Shown: piece after piece, positions 25,687 to 37,909 of the stretch
How positions within the stretch are numbered: the stretch's first letter is position 1
Layout of the letters: every line of letters begins with the position of its first letter
The notes under the pieces: model-generated
Databases searched by the model: none
The model's input: the letters and a program-made list of their open reading frames with translations, nothing else
What the model was told of the DNA's origin: nothing
Made by a program: the position numbers and the translations under genes
NCBI GenBank assembly: GCA_013239625.1
Contig: MU054323.1
Location: 5,259,220-5,323,219 of the forward strand
DNA: 64,000 nt
Direction: 5' to 3'
From: Lama guanicoe
Taxonomy: Eukaryota

Positions 25687-26215
25687 TGTTCTAGTCAGAT
25701 ATGAAAACACACAGAGACACTTAGTTGCAGGAAGAAGTTTTTATACTCATATATCCCTAGACACAGGAGGGTCAGCAGCCTTGCAGGGCCACACACTGAA
25801 GCACCAGGGTGGGTCAGGAGGCAGAGGCAGAAAGGGGAAAATACGGGCAGGAGCCTTCATTGTGGTTTTCTATAGGAAGAAATGGGCGAAGCAGGGTAAG
25901 CTGGTTAGATGGGTTTAGGACAGGCTAGACGGAAAAACCTCAGCAGGCTCCATCCAGCGTGCAGGGCTGCCCTGGTTCTAAGATACCTAGTCTTGAGGTG
26001 ACTAGGGTGGGGGACAGTGGCTCCTAGGGTGAGAGAATGATAAAGGAGGCGTGGATTCTAGATTGGTTAGTTTGCCTATGAAAAGCCCACTCCTTGGTGG
26101 ACAAGTTATTTGCTACCTCGAGGGATTAGCTAACTTTGGGAAGGGTAAGTCCCTTCCAGTGTCAGGGAGACCCCAAGATGTCAAAGCATCAGAATAAAAA
26201 GACATGCTTAATGTA
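25687..26215 (-). mobile_element. ERVL-type solo LTR (MER76-like)
   Basis: tgttctagtcagatatg..ggaagaagttt..tactca..ccctaga.acaggagg..gaagcaccaggg..gtcaggaggcagag. Confidence 0.65.
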
Positions 26216-26624
26216 TGTCCATATTTTAATAGTTACGGTTCACTAAATTTCCAGTATTCCTGAGGCCAGTAGGAGAGCTGAGCTTTTTTCTCTTTCTCAG
26301 AAATGATGTGGAGGCACTAACACAGCAAAGTTTGGGAAAACTTACAATATCACCGCATGGGCTATAATCAGTGTGCCCTGGCTTCCCAGAGTCTCCAATC
26401 CAGCATTATTCACAGCTTGCTTGAAAAATGAGCAGAGAGAAAGCTCTTACTGTTCTCCAGGTACACATTTTTAACATTTACACTAACTCAACACCCTAGG
26501 GTTTTAATCACCAAAAAGCTTATATAAAAGGTGCAAAAACTATGGGCTTCTGTCCATGTTGTGTTTAGTGAAAGAAATGGAAAAACAAAGCGTACAATAC
26601 AAGGAAAAGCTATCAAGACAAAAC

Positions 26625-26792
26625 TCAGGTTTCCCTGGAGCCATTTGGAACAAAGTTGCTGACACGGACACTCAGCTTCCAGATGAAATTAAATGTGTCA
26701 GAAGTTCCTTCACACACCGCACAGGTGGCCACCTCTTTGTTCCTGCTCTGTGAGGCACAAGGTGAGATTTTTTGTGCTAGGGAAGCTGCCAG
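26625..26792 (-). pseudogene. Candidate exon (LAASLAQKISPCASQSRNKEVATCAVCEGTSDTFNFIWKLSVRVSNFVPNGSRET*)
   Basis: Very strong acceptor ctcttttcttcctcctcctcag|C; 55 open codons to TGA; donor unclear. Confidence 0.45.
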
Positions 26793-27231
26793 CTGAGGAG
26801 GAGGAAGAAAAGAGCAACTTACAATTATTAAGCTGCTGTAGGCTCTGACTAACCAAACAGGCCCAGAAAGAACAGAATTGTGTTCGGCTTGTGTTAACAA
26901 CGTTGAGAAGTGTGAGAAATGGAAATGAACTTAGGTTCAAGACGTTTGAGAAGTGCAAACATCAAAGGGGCATAATTAGAAGCAAGTGTTCAGAGCAAAA
27001 AAAAAAAAAATGATAACAGATTCATGGTTGATAGTCAGGAACTAATCTCAGGCCTGTGATTGCTCCGGAGCTACAGGGTCTGTGTCTCGTGGAACATTGA
27101 ACGTTTGAACGTTCGAACGTTCCCTTTCTTCCCAGGAACTCTCCCTGTCAGTTTCAGCATTCCCGTTTGTAAAGACTGCCCAAGAAACTGCCCATCCTAG
27201 GGTGTGGTCTGTGTCATACTCAATGTATCAA

Positions 27232-27620
27232 TGCTGTGGGTTAAATGGTACCCTTCAAAAAAAGGCAGGCTCAAGTCCTAACCGCCGGGACCTCCAAACG
27301 TCACCTGATCTGAAAATAAGGCCACTGCAGATGTTTACTTCAGATGATTTAGTCCCAGTATGACCGGTCCCCTTAAAGAAGATGGACACAGGAACACACG
27401 GAGAAGCCACGCGGTGGTCATGGCAGAGGGTGGAGCTATGCAGCTAAAGCCAGGGGACACCAAGGACTGCTGGCAAACTACCAGAAACTAGGAAGAGGCA
27501 CAGAATGATTCCCCAAGACTTTTCAGAGGGTGCATGGCCCTGTGGACACCTTGATTTCAGACTTCTAGTCCCTAGAATTGTGAGAAAATAAATGCTTGTT
27601 GTTTTAAGTCGTTCAGGCTC
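27232..27620 (+). mobile_element. MaLR LTR (MLT1B/C-like)
   Basis: tgtgggttaaatgg..aagtccta.cc..ccagaa.ctaggaagaggc..catggccctg..gacaccttgatttcagacttct..gtgagaaaataaat. Confidence 0.88.
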
Positions 27621-28379
27621 TAATTACCGACCAGAAATTTTTTAATGTGTCCAAAATCCCTCATTTTGAACACTGAATCCAGGCCTCTTTCTTTCCATCC
27701 TGGGGGAGGAAAGCTAATTTCCACCTCTGATTTTGTTACATTTTTGCTGTGGCATCATGATTAAGTCCCTAAACAGCAGAGGATTTGTCAATAGAGCAAT
27801 TCTAAGAACTTGTTCTTTGAGAATAGAGATTTGGGCTTTTTAGAGACAATTCAGGACCTCCAGCTCCAACAACATTTACCAAGACTCAGCTTCTGCAAAA
27901 TACAAGTGCCAGGGCAGAATCGTGAATGGCCAAGGCGTAAGGTGAGACATCAAGTGACTTTGGGGATGATCCTGAAATCAGTAAAGTATCCCTGACACCC
28001 TATGAGTAAGGTGACCCCCGAGCACTTGGGAAAGGAAGATAATGACAAATTTCATTCAGCCACCCACTAAAAACAGAACAAAATAAAACAAACAGAAGCA
28101 CTGAAAACACACCAAGTGAGAGTTTGGGTAACTGCTGTAGAAGGGGACTGGTGAACATTACTCAGTACTCACAAGGTTTGGGCAAAAAAGATCATCTCCT
28201 ATTTGCTGCCCGCGGAGTACAGGCTAATTTAGCTTCCTGGGTACCTGATAATGTGAACCCAAAGTCTTTAAGACAAGCATACATCACTCATCATCTAAAT
28301 GCAGGTTCCCTCTCATCTCATGACCCCACTCCATCTCCAGTGCACTTTGCAGTGTGTGCAGGCTGCCCTGCGCTCTAGG

Positions 28380-28585
28380 AATCGGAGGGCTGGGATTTGC
28401 GTTCCCACCACAGGCAGGTGTCTGGCCCATGGGACAGTGCTCTCTCTTGCAGCAACCTCCAAATGCCCTTGAAAGAGATCAAGACATGTCACACTGCCAA
28501 AAAAATGATACGGCCATATCTTCCCAGGAAGTTCCACCGTCTGTCTCTGAGCAGTCACGCAGGGCCACCATCTCGTGTCATTTGC
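28380..28585 (-). pseudogene. Candidate exon (QMTRDGGPA*LLRDRRWNFLGRYGRIIFLAV*HVLISFKGIWRLLQERAL...), 3' end unclear
   Basis: Strong acceptor tttctcttacttctcgtag|G; no clear donor. Confidence 0.35.
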
Positions 28586-29009
28586 CTACGAGAAGTAAGA
28601 GAAATCGCAAGCTATTCAGGGGTGTGTCCCAGAGCAAGCCGTAATTAGATCAGTAGGAGCCAGTCATGATTAGGCGCCACTTGGAGCATGGTTCTTTCCA
28701 TGGGACTGTATAATAAAGATAATCACAGTGGTCTTTCCAGGGCAATTAGAACACCTGTGGGATTTGAGGTCATTAATGAAACAAGTAGCAAGAACAAGTG
28801 CATACTCAAGTAAACAGATCCAGGACGGGCACTCAGCCACGTCCAGGCAGTTCTGCCTCCTACTCTGTGATTAGTTCTACTTTCGCCGTGAACATATGAC
28901 GACGCCTCTGTGCACTGGGTACGATGGCTCAAATCATTCTGCTGGCCTGGGATATCTCACTCCTTCCACCTGTACACCTCCTGTCTACCCTACAAAAACA
29001 ATTGCCGTG

Positions 29010-29530
29010 TGTGACTCGGCAGCTCTACTCACAGAAATGAAACGCTGTGTCCACAAAAGTCTTGGACAAGAACGCTTATAGCAGCTTGATTCGTAACAGC
29101 CAAAAACTGCCAATCATCCATCTGTCCAGCAACAAACCGTGGTGTAGTCATACAATGGAACACCACCCAGTAGTAAGACGGAGCAAACAGCTGATACATG
29201 CAACAACGCGAGTGAGTCTCAAAAAAAAAAACAAAACATTACAGTGAATGAAAGAAGTCATATATGGTTTCAGTGATACAAAGTTCCAGAATAGGCAAAA
29301 CTAATCCAAGATGAAAGAAATCACAGGTTGCCTCCTGTGGAGAAGGGTTGAGGATTGTCTGAGAAAGGAATGTAAATGCCCAATCTATTGTACAAGATTA
29401 TTTAAATGTTCACTCTATTGAGAGGGTTGTGGGTTACACAGGAGTACACATTTGTCAGAACTGAATTCCTTGCACGCTTAGAATATCGGCACCTCACTGC
29501 AAGAAAATTACACCTCAATAAAAAAAACTC
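29010..29530 (+). mobile_element. L1ME/L1MC 3' fragment
   Basis: tgtgtccacaaaag.cttg.acaagaa..aacaaaccgtggt..catacaatggaa..ataggcaaaactaat. Confidence 0.8.
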
Positions 29531-30319
29531 AGTGAAAAAATGAAAAGCCCACTTTAATTCTGTATTCCAGAGCCACATACAGATTTTTTTTAATGAAATA
29601 GGGATTTCCTCCTAGGTCAGGAAGAGTGAGAAGGCTCCGAGTCTACGTGTAGGAGAACATGATACTCATCTCAAGGTTTCCTGGCAGCACTGACCCAAGC
29701 ATATGAAGTTGAATGAAAGACAGGAGGGCCTTTCTCACTGCTGCCCAGCTCTCAAGACTCAGCTGTACCCTCCTGCCCCCTAAAATTCAGACCACCACTG
29801 ATGTAGGGCTCAGCTGACCAGGGTACACAGCCAGGACCTGTGATGTCCACAAGGTTCTGTACCCTCAGTGAGGACAGGCACCACTTTCTCCCATACACTA
29901 TCAGCATTGCACCAGGAAATGTCCTTTCATAGCCTGGAGAGGAGTTGGCCTGTAGATCTCATCTCTTGAAGACCCAAGATCCTATACAGGTTCCTGGGCT
30001 TTCTGACAGTGTCCACAGTGTCTAAAGCAACATGAGAAAATTTTTCAGGATGGGGTTGGACAGAGGCAAACACCAGTGAGACCAGTCAGAGTGCACTGGT
30101 GGCCTCAGGCTGACAGGTTATGGGAATACAGATTCAGGAGAGTTGAGACAGCGGGCTAGACACTCCGTGGCTAACTGGTACTTACAATGCCCTCACTCAT
30201 CTGGCCCTGTATGCAACTTAACCATTGATTAGTGGGAGGAGCAGAGAGGTAGTGCCAACTCCTTTGCCCACGCTGAGAAGAGCTGTCTTGTCTCAAAGAT
30301 CTGATGGAGAAACAGTGTT

Positions 30320-30540
30320 GCAAAGCAGGTAAGAGCCCAGACTAGAGCCCGAATAAACTCAGCTTCACCTTTCCCAGCTGTTTGAACTTGGACAGTTAAT
30401 CTCTCCTTCAGTTTTCTCATCTGTAAAAATGTTTATATAGAGTGATGTTGGGAGGATTAACTGGGTTAACTAAATGGGAAGAGTGCTCAGAAAAATGTCA
30501 GCAAGTGGTTGGCAAATAAATATTAGGCATTATTATTAAA
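30320..30540 (+). mobile_element. MIR SINE
   Basis: cttggacagttaatctctc.ttcagttttctcatctgtaaaa..gaggattaa. Confidence 0.75.
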
Positions 30541-30817
30541 GCTTATCTTCTTGTTACTGCACATTGTACACAAATATGTCAATTCTTTTGCTACAAGAAA
30601 CATAGATTTTATCAGACACTCAGAAATCCAAAGAGGCTAAGAACCAAGGAGGAACCACCTCCAGAAACTCATTTCTTAATTTCCTGATCCCACAGATATT
30701 CTGCTAAGACTAATAGTATTCCAAATATCTTGATCAGATTTCCAGACAACCACAGCCATGGCGTGAAAATCCCCTCCCATATCTAGCACCCCCACTCCCA
30801 ACAGGACTCAGTGTTAC

Positions 30818-30961
30818 CCGATTATATGCAAATCCATATCTTTCAAAACATTCCAAGATTCACTTCCCTCTGCAGAAAGTATATGCTGAAGAAATTCTCC
30901 TTTAATATACGTTTCCTTTTTTTTTTTTTTTGGTTAAAATCTCCAGAGTCTGAATTTTTCC
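30818..30961 (-). pseudogene. Candidate exon (GKIQTLEILTKKKK / KETYIKGEFLQHILSAEGSESWNVLKDMDLHII)
   Basis: Acceptor tattatttag|G, donor CGG|gtaaca; open apart from a frameshift inside an A15 run. Confidence 0.5.
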
Positions 30962-31008
30962 CTAAATAATATATTTTTTCTTCTTAATTGTTGGGTTTGT
31001 TTGCTTAC

Positions 31009-31080
31009 AAGTGTCACTGAGGTTAGCAAGCCAATATACAACAGCTACATTAGAATGAAATCCATCTCACTGATTAAAGT
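31009..31080 (-). pseudogene. Candidate exon (TLISEMDFILM*LLYIGLLTSVTL)
   Basis: Long upstream pyrimidine tract, donor CTT|gtaagc; the downstream intron would be only 47 nt. Confidence 0.3.
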
Positions 31081-32521
31081 CTGCATTCTTCTCACCAGGT
31101 GAACAAAAACAGTGCAGGATTAAAGCAAAGAGCATTAAAAACATAATTAAAGGAAAGAAAGGAAAAGTTTTTTTTTTAATTCTATTACCTACAGTTGGGA
31201 TTATTCTCTTCACAGTGTGCTTAACTCTGTGTTGTCTTTAGAAAACCTGAAATTAATACTTTAGCTCTTATGTTTACATGTTTATTCAGGGGCAAAGATA
31301 TAGAAGTGGAGAATTTGCTTGCCCAGAGACTGATTTCATTTAAGAAATTTTATTTTTATGTTTCTCTGCTTTTTTTTTATAAACTATGAGGTGATCTGGT
31401 CCATGTTTTTTTCACAAATGCTGAAATGACATGTAAGCCACTCAATCCTGGTAGTCATAATCATTTCTGCTCTATAGATTCAGCTTCATAAGATATAAAA
31501 ATTCCAGACATTTTATTTTAGTGAGAAAATAAATTGGATGCATGACTTTTGGCCCGCTGTGATGGCTTCCATAGTCTATGTGGCGTTCTCAGAACGAATA
31601 ATTTAATTATGGTAAGTACAGAGTTCTTTTGAATTCATTCAAATGGTGTCCATGTATGTTCACTTGCCAACTGCTTCTGTAATGTTATTAATAACTATGT
31701 ACTAATTATGTCAATAAATTAATTGAACCTGTACTCCTGTTTTCATGGCCTCAGTGTCCTTCTGTCACTACTCTTCCTTTGGACTTTTAACTCTGGGCTC
31801 TAATAAACTGCCAGCTTGCTCCACATGTGTATGTTTCCCAAGGATTGTTTATATTTTTTTTAATGCATGCTCTGTTCAGCATTAAATATCTTCTTTAATT
31901 CATTTATTGGCTTCTAGATGTTTTGCAAGAAACACTGCAGTAGTTTAGAAATTTATGGTAAGTCTTTGATTGACCATTTCAACCACTTAATTAACTATGA
32001 ATGAAAGATTTAAATAGGCTTATTTTTCTTTTAAAAAAAAAGAAACTATAAACCAGAGTAATACAATTTAAAAATGTGGCTATATTATTATTGAATCCAC
32101 ATCAGTAGAATCAGCAAACATCAGGAAACTGGGCAGAGGTTTAGCACCTTTCTCTAACATGTATGTAATATTATGCCCTTTTCCCTCAAATAGCATTCAG
32201 ATCACTGCACACACAGAATGCAATTACTGAAAAGCAGTAAAGATGTGACTTTTAAAGGAATATGATGCCCCGAGCAATCAGTCGCTATGTGAGATTGGAA
32301 TGAAATGCTAAGCCTGCCAGTTAAACTTAGGGAACCGGAGGAGCAATTTCTATGAAAGGCACACTTTTCATCTCACAAGGATATTTTCTTTAGCATCAAG
32401 TTGTAAGGTGTTAGTGTCAGAGAACTTTCTGGCTTTCTGACTTCTTGCATGCATTATATATAATGTCTATTATGTATCTGTACCAAAGTGGATTACAGAG
32501 ACAATCACAGCAGCAGTTTGC

Positions 32522-32735
32522 CTTGTGCTGAAAAGGCAGGCACTTAAGGAGTCAAGCATCCTTTTCTCTTCCTCCAGCCCTCTCATCCTGGAACAATGCC
32601 TTTTGGTAGAAGAGCAAATCCCTTTGTCCCCTTCCCTCCTCTGAAATAGCCGTGCTGACAGCAGAGTCACCCAAAGATGACTTCTTAAGCTTCAGGTGGA
32701 ATGCAAGCCTGCCAGCCTCTACTGCTGGGCAGCTT
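32522..32735 (-). pseudogene. Candidate exon (SCPAVEAGRLAFHLKLKKSSLGDSAVSTAISEEGRGQRDLLFYQKALFQ / MRGLEEEKRMLDSLSACLFST)
   Basis: Very strong acceptor ctgctttcttgctgtctttccctgtttgcctccag|A; GC-type or degraded donor AAG|gcaaac; one frameshift. Confidence 0.55.
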
Positions 32736-33049
32736 CTGGAGGCAAACAGGGAAAGACAGCAAGAAAGCAGGAGATCATACAGCCCTGCGTGCAGTTTACT
32801 GTCTAACAGGAGCGTTGCTTTCTATGCCCCTTAACACGCCCAGGCAGAAATCCGCGGGATACTTTCAAGGGCCAAAGGATCGGAATTAAATGCTCATCTC
32901 ATTGCCTTCTTTTTGCTTTCTGTAGTGAATTTTCATGGTACTGGTTAAAGCATCACTCAGGGCAGAAGACATACGGGGTGGAAGTTACAGGCCAGTAATC
33001 CCGGGAGGACCAGAGAGGGTTTAGCCAGCTTTTAGAGGCAGAGACTGAC

Positions 33050-33172
33050 CTAAAATGGAAAGGGAGAGGATTCTTGTCAAAGTTCCAGGTTCTTATATGA
33101 GCTTCAACACTCATTTCTGGGTCTGTCACCAGAGCAGCCAAATGAAACATTTCCATTTCTAAGATCTTCTAT
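33050..33172 (-). pseudogene. Candidate exon (*KILEMEMFHLAALVTDPEMSVEAHIRTWNFDKNPLPFHF(R))
   Basis: Acceptor ctttaccttacag|A, donor TAG|gtcagt; 123 nt, phase 2 to 2. Confidence 0.55.
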
Positions 33173-33816
33173 CTGTAAGGTAAAGCTACCATTTTTCTTG
33201 GTTATAATTCATATGTAAGGAAAAGACACTCTCTAAGTACCAACTATTATTTTGAGTGCATGATCATTTTAACCATTAAGATATTTTATTTCTTTGTGAA
33301 AGTATACTTATGGAAGAATTATTTTTAAAAACAGTTTTCAAAGCTTCTAAGTTCAGCTCCTCCCATCCCATCCTGCAGCCTGTGAATCCAGAAATGAAAA
33401 TATGTATGCTAGCTGGGAAACTGAAAAATCTGCTAGATTTTTAAAGACATGGTACTCTAGGTTAATTTTATGCTGGGACAAAAACTGCTGTGTATTTTCT
33501 AATCACTTGCATACTATAGGGTACAGAATATACTATGGTACTGCAGGTTATCTACTTGTTCATGTTAGTGTCTGACCTATCATTATAATTTGAACATATT
33601 GCAAATGTGGCTATTTTTGCCTTTCATTTTCAACAGGGTTTGGCACCCAACAAATTCTATCAGGCACATAATGGCCAACCCTCTTATTCTTTTTTGAACT
33701 TTCACAATTCCAAATGTTACGGGAAACCGTTCACATATTATAACATTTAGGAGTTAGATAAAGTGACATTGTAACTAAGATAGTTTATAAGGCAATATGG
33801 AGTGGTAATCTCTTAC

Positions 33817-33905
33817 AGGGACTGAGGAAGGTCTCTTTGAGTAGATTGTCATAATTATTAAAAATGTTTCTCCATTATTAAGTGTAAATATATAATTTTA
33901 TTCAC
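33817..33905 (-). pseudogene. Candidate exon (VNKIIYLHLIMEKHF**L*QSTQRDLPQS(L))
   Basis: Degraded acceptor tttttccatg|G, donor CCT|gtaaga; 89 nt, ends in phase 2, matching the next exon. Confidence 0.35.
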
Positions 33906-34394
33906 CATGGAAAAATATGGTATAACAGGGGTTAAATGTGATTTGTATACGTCATTATTTATAACAAGAATGTCCAAAAGTCAAAGTTCAGATTAAAATA
34001 AACTTCAGAATTTCAATTCCAAAGGACTCAGGCTTCAAAATCATCCTCCTCTGTCATAGTAATAATAGATCAAATATAAGATAAATGTATTTTAAACACA
34101 GCTCTAGTTCAAAACTAGGTAAACAATCCCACAGACCAGAAATAGAAAAACAGATCAAAAGCCAAAGCTATTGTTCTGAAAGTTGCCAAGTCTGGAATCT
34201 GACAGGCCTGGCCAGAGTTTCAATTAGGTATAGGGAACAAAAGTGTCCCTTACAAAAATGAGAATCAAAACTGGAATCAGTGACTGAGCAGGGTTTCCAT
34301 CCCCTATAAGATACACACACACATACACACACAGCCTGGGATCAAATATTTTCTAAAATAATACAGTAAATTTTGAAGTAATTTAAAAACTTTA

Positions 34395-37300
34395 GCTCTC
34401 ACATGTAAAGAGCTTAGAAGTTGTCACTTCCCATCCTTTCAACAACAAAAATGCTGAACCAACAGAAAATCAACACTTCTCTTGGGCCCATCAATTGGGC
34501 TGCAGGGCAAACCTCCACCCTGAAATCTGTAGATCAATCGAGAGTCACAGGAACCCAGACCTGCTTACCTGGAGCAGAAGCCACCAGAGCGATGCACTGG
34601 CAGGACCAGGTGAAGACCAAGTGCGGACTGGTGGAAGAGCGAGGATCTCTGGGGCAGGGACCCAGGGTTGGGGGTGGCCCACAGTGTCATGGGCTTTGTC
34701 TCCAGAAACCCCATCAGCTGCTCACGGAGAAGAGCCTAGAAAGATCCCTGTTGGCTCTGTCGGGAGAAAAGATTAGTCATCGTGAAAGGTAGCGAGAGCA
34801 TTCTCCACAAAAAAATGTCTACATTAGGAGGAGTGATGTTTCCCAGAGCCACAGCCCGCCTCTGGGAAGGGCGTTTCTGATACTCCCACTCCATCTGCCC
34901 TTCCTGTTTTAGGTAAGAGGGGGAGCTCAGAAACACTGGGAACAGTCACAGCCCAGAGACAGACATAGGCTGATTAAAAGAGTAAGATTTAATCATAATA
35001 CTGCAGAGTGCCCCACTTGACCATGTCAACAGGGCTCCAGTGTAACAACAGTGGATTATCATGGAAAGAGCCGTTAAGACATAGATTCTATCAAAGAAAA
35101 AGTACTTAGCAAATCCCAAAGTCAGGAGAGGAGACAAAAAACAAGGACAGTACAGTCATTTGAGGCTTGAGCACCTACAGCCACAGCAAACATTAAACAC
35201 AGCCAACACCTGGCCAGACTAACATAAACTCTTACACTACAGCCTATAACCTCAGTTCCTACTACCCAGTACATTGTGTCTGGCTTTCAACAAAAAAAAA
35301 AAATTACAACGCATGCAGAAAGACAAACACACACACACACACCATCTGAAGAAGCAAAGCAAACGTCAGAACCAGCATTAGCTATGACACAGATTTGCAG
35401 ATCATCAGACAGAGAATCTCAAATAACTAAGATTAATGTGTTAGGGGCTCTAAAAGAAAAATTGGACAACATACAATGTTGGAAGAGCGATGGAAACTCT
35501 AAGGACGAATAGACATGAATCGACATTCCAATACTTGTTAGTAAAACTTCAGAATATTAAAGAGAACATGAAAGGGTATCAGAGAGAAAAGACATTTTTA
35601 ACTCAATAGAAAGACAAACTCACAGCAGACTTTGGCTACACTGATGCTTGACACAAAGGAACTGGAAAGAAGTAACCTGAAGAAAATTAATTATCAATCT
35701 AAAATTCCATGTCCAGCCAAACTTTTATTCAAGAGCTGGGGTTAAATAAGAACTTGCTAATGCATACAAATACAAAAGGAATTATTCCACCCACAGACTT
35801 TCACAGAAACCACAATTAATTGATGCTTTTTAGTAGAAAGGAAAACAAACGTAGGAATGGGGATTAGAAGGAAAAATGACTAGCACAGAAATGGTAAAAT
35901 ATGCAAGTAATTCTAATTAATGTTTGAGGGTAAACATTGTAACAGTAACTATTTTATGATAAAAGTGTGGGTTTTGTGATAATCTACATTGCAATGGTAA
36001 GAATTATGAGGGTTATTCAGTGGGTAAAAGTGCAAAGTTTTTTGCCTTACTTGGAAGAGGATAAAGATATAATATATACTTATCATAGACATGATAACTA
36101 TAACTTAACAAGTAATAGTTATGAGTGTACATGAGATATTTAAATATAATAGGAAAAGTACAGAAAAGTTAGTAGCATTTGAATTGAAAATGAAAAAAAG
36201 AGAAAAAATACTACACTATACTATAAAATATCACTAGAAATAAGGAAGAACACTAACTCATAATAAATGGAAAACACAATAGTATATAACAATCAAGAAA
36301 CCAGGTGCTAGGGAAACCATGCACACTGTCAGTGGGAATGCAAATTGGTGCAGCCACTGTGGAAAACAGTAACGAGTTTCCTCAAAAAACTAAAAACAAA
36401 GTTACCATATGATTCAGCAATTCTACTCCTGGGCATATATTCGAAGAAAATGAAAAAACTAATTTGAAAAGATACATGTAACCCTTGTGCTCATACCAGC
36501 ATTACTTACAATAGCCAAGATTTGGAAGCGACCTAAGTGTCCGCCAGTGTCCGCCAACAGAGAAATAGATAAAGAAGGTGTGGTATGTGTATATATCTAA
36601 TACAATGAATACCACTCAGCCATAAAAAAGGAATGATATTTTGGCATTTGCAACATGGATAGACTTGGAGGGTATTATGCTTGGTGAAATAAGTCAGAGA
36701 AAGACAAATACTGTATGTTATCACTTATATGTGGAATCTAAAAAATAAAATAAACTAGTGAATGTAACAAAAAAGGAGCAAACTCCAAGACATAGAGAAC
36801 AAACTAGTGCTTACCAGTGGGGACAGGGGAGGAGGGAAGGGCAATACAGGAGCAGGGGATTGAGAAATGCAAACTACTTTATGAAAAATAAAGAAACCAC
36901 AAGGATATGTTGTACAGCACACACAGAGAATATAGCTAATATTTTATAATAAATATAAAATTTTTTCAATAAAAAAATTTTAAAGAATTTTGCTCTTTCA
37001 GCATTTCCCAAGTATTATTAGGTAAAAACTGACACAGTTAAAGATGAAATTGACCAAAACATTGTGGCAGATTTGTCACATTTCTATTAGTTTTTCCTAC
37101 CAGAAAAACTAAACATAAATAAAGAGCAACAGAATTAGTAAGACTGATCTACAAAGAACTGTGGTATACAACAAATACTTAGAAAATTTCAATATGGTTC
37201 AACATTAGACCATACAATGACCCTTAAAACAGTTCTAATAATTGATACCACATTGGATATGATCTCTGTCCAAAGGACAAAAAATTAGGAATCAGTAGTA

Positions 37301-37830
37301 AGTGATAGTCCCCTAAAAATCTTATATACTTTTAAATGACTAATGGATTTGGGAGGAAAACACAATGAAATGCATAAAATATTTAGAGTCCAGTGACAAC
37401 ACATGAGATGTAGCGTAAGTGGAACAAGAGATCCATTATAGTATTAATAGCACATCTTTAAAAACACCATTAAAAATAAATGAGTTACGTATTAAAGAAG
37501 CTAGAGAAATGGTATAAACCAAAAGAATGTAGAAGAAAGGAATCAACGTAGATAAAAACATGAATAAAAAAAAACAGAAAATTAGAGACAATCAGCAAAT
37601 TTGAAGCTGATTCTTTGAAAACAGTCACAAAATAGACTATCCTGAAATAAGACTGATCAAAGAATAGGGGATGGGGGAAGGAGAGAAATCAGGAATGAAA
37701 AAAGCAAGGTATGACTATATATTTTAAAAGTCTTATAAAATTAATTTGAGCATTTGTCAATGTATTTCACAACTCAGAGGAACAGGAGTGTCATGGAAAA
37801 GTATAAATGACAAGAACTGACTTAAGAAGG
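34395..37830 (+). mobile_element. Decayed old L1M (5' region, ORF1/ORF2 fragments)
   Basis: A-rich sense strand with L1M 5' and ORF motifs (atcagacagagaat..aaataact, ccagccaaact.ttattcaag, ttctttgaaa..aaaatagac); continues at about 39870-40200. Confidence 0.7.
36300..36960 (+). mobile_element. Younger L1 3' end nested in the older L1
   Basis: gtgggaatgcaaattggtgcagccactgtggaaaacagt..tgaaataagtcaga.a.aaagacaaatactgtatg..cacagagaatatagc. Confidence 0.88.
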
Positions 37831-37909
37831 AAAAGAAAACCTAACCTCTGCCCCTCCCAGGGTGCTAACAAGCTGTATTTCTAAAGGTATACAAATAGTG
37901 CCCTAATGA

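Noticed and set aside
26569..26628. Plus-strand exon-like segment (KEMEKQSVQYKEKLSRQNS)
   Set aside because: Weak donor (gtttcc) and no partner plus-strand exons found
27099..27122. Heat-shock element
   Set aside because: GAA/TTC units lack the 2-bp spacing needed for three alternating nGAAn pentamers
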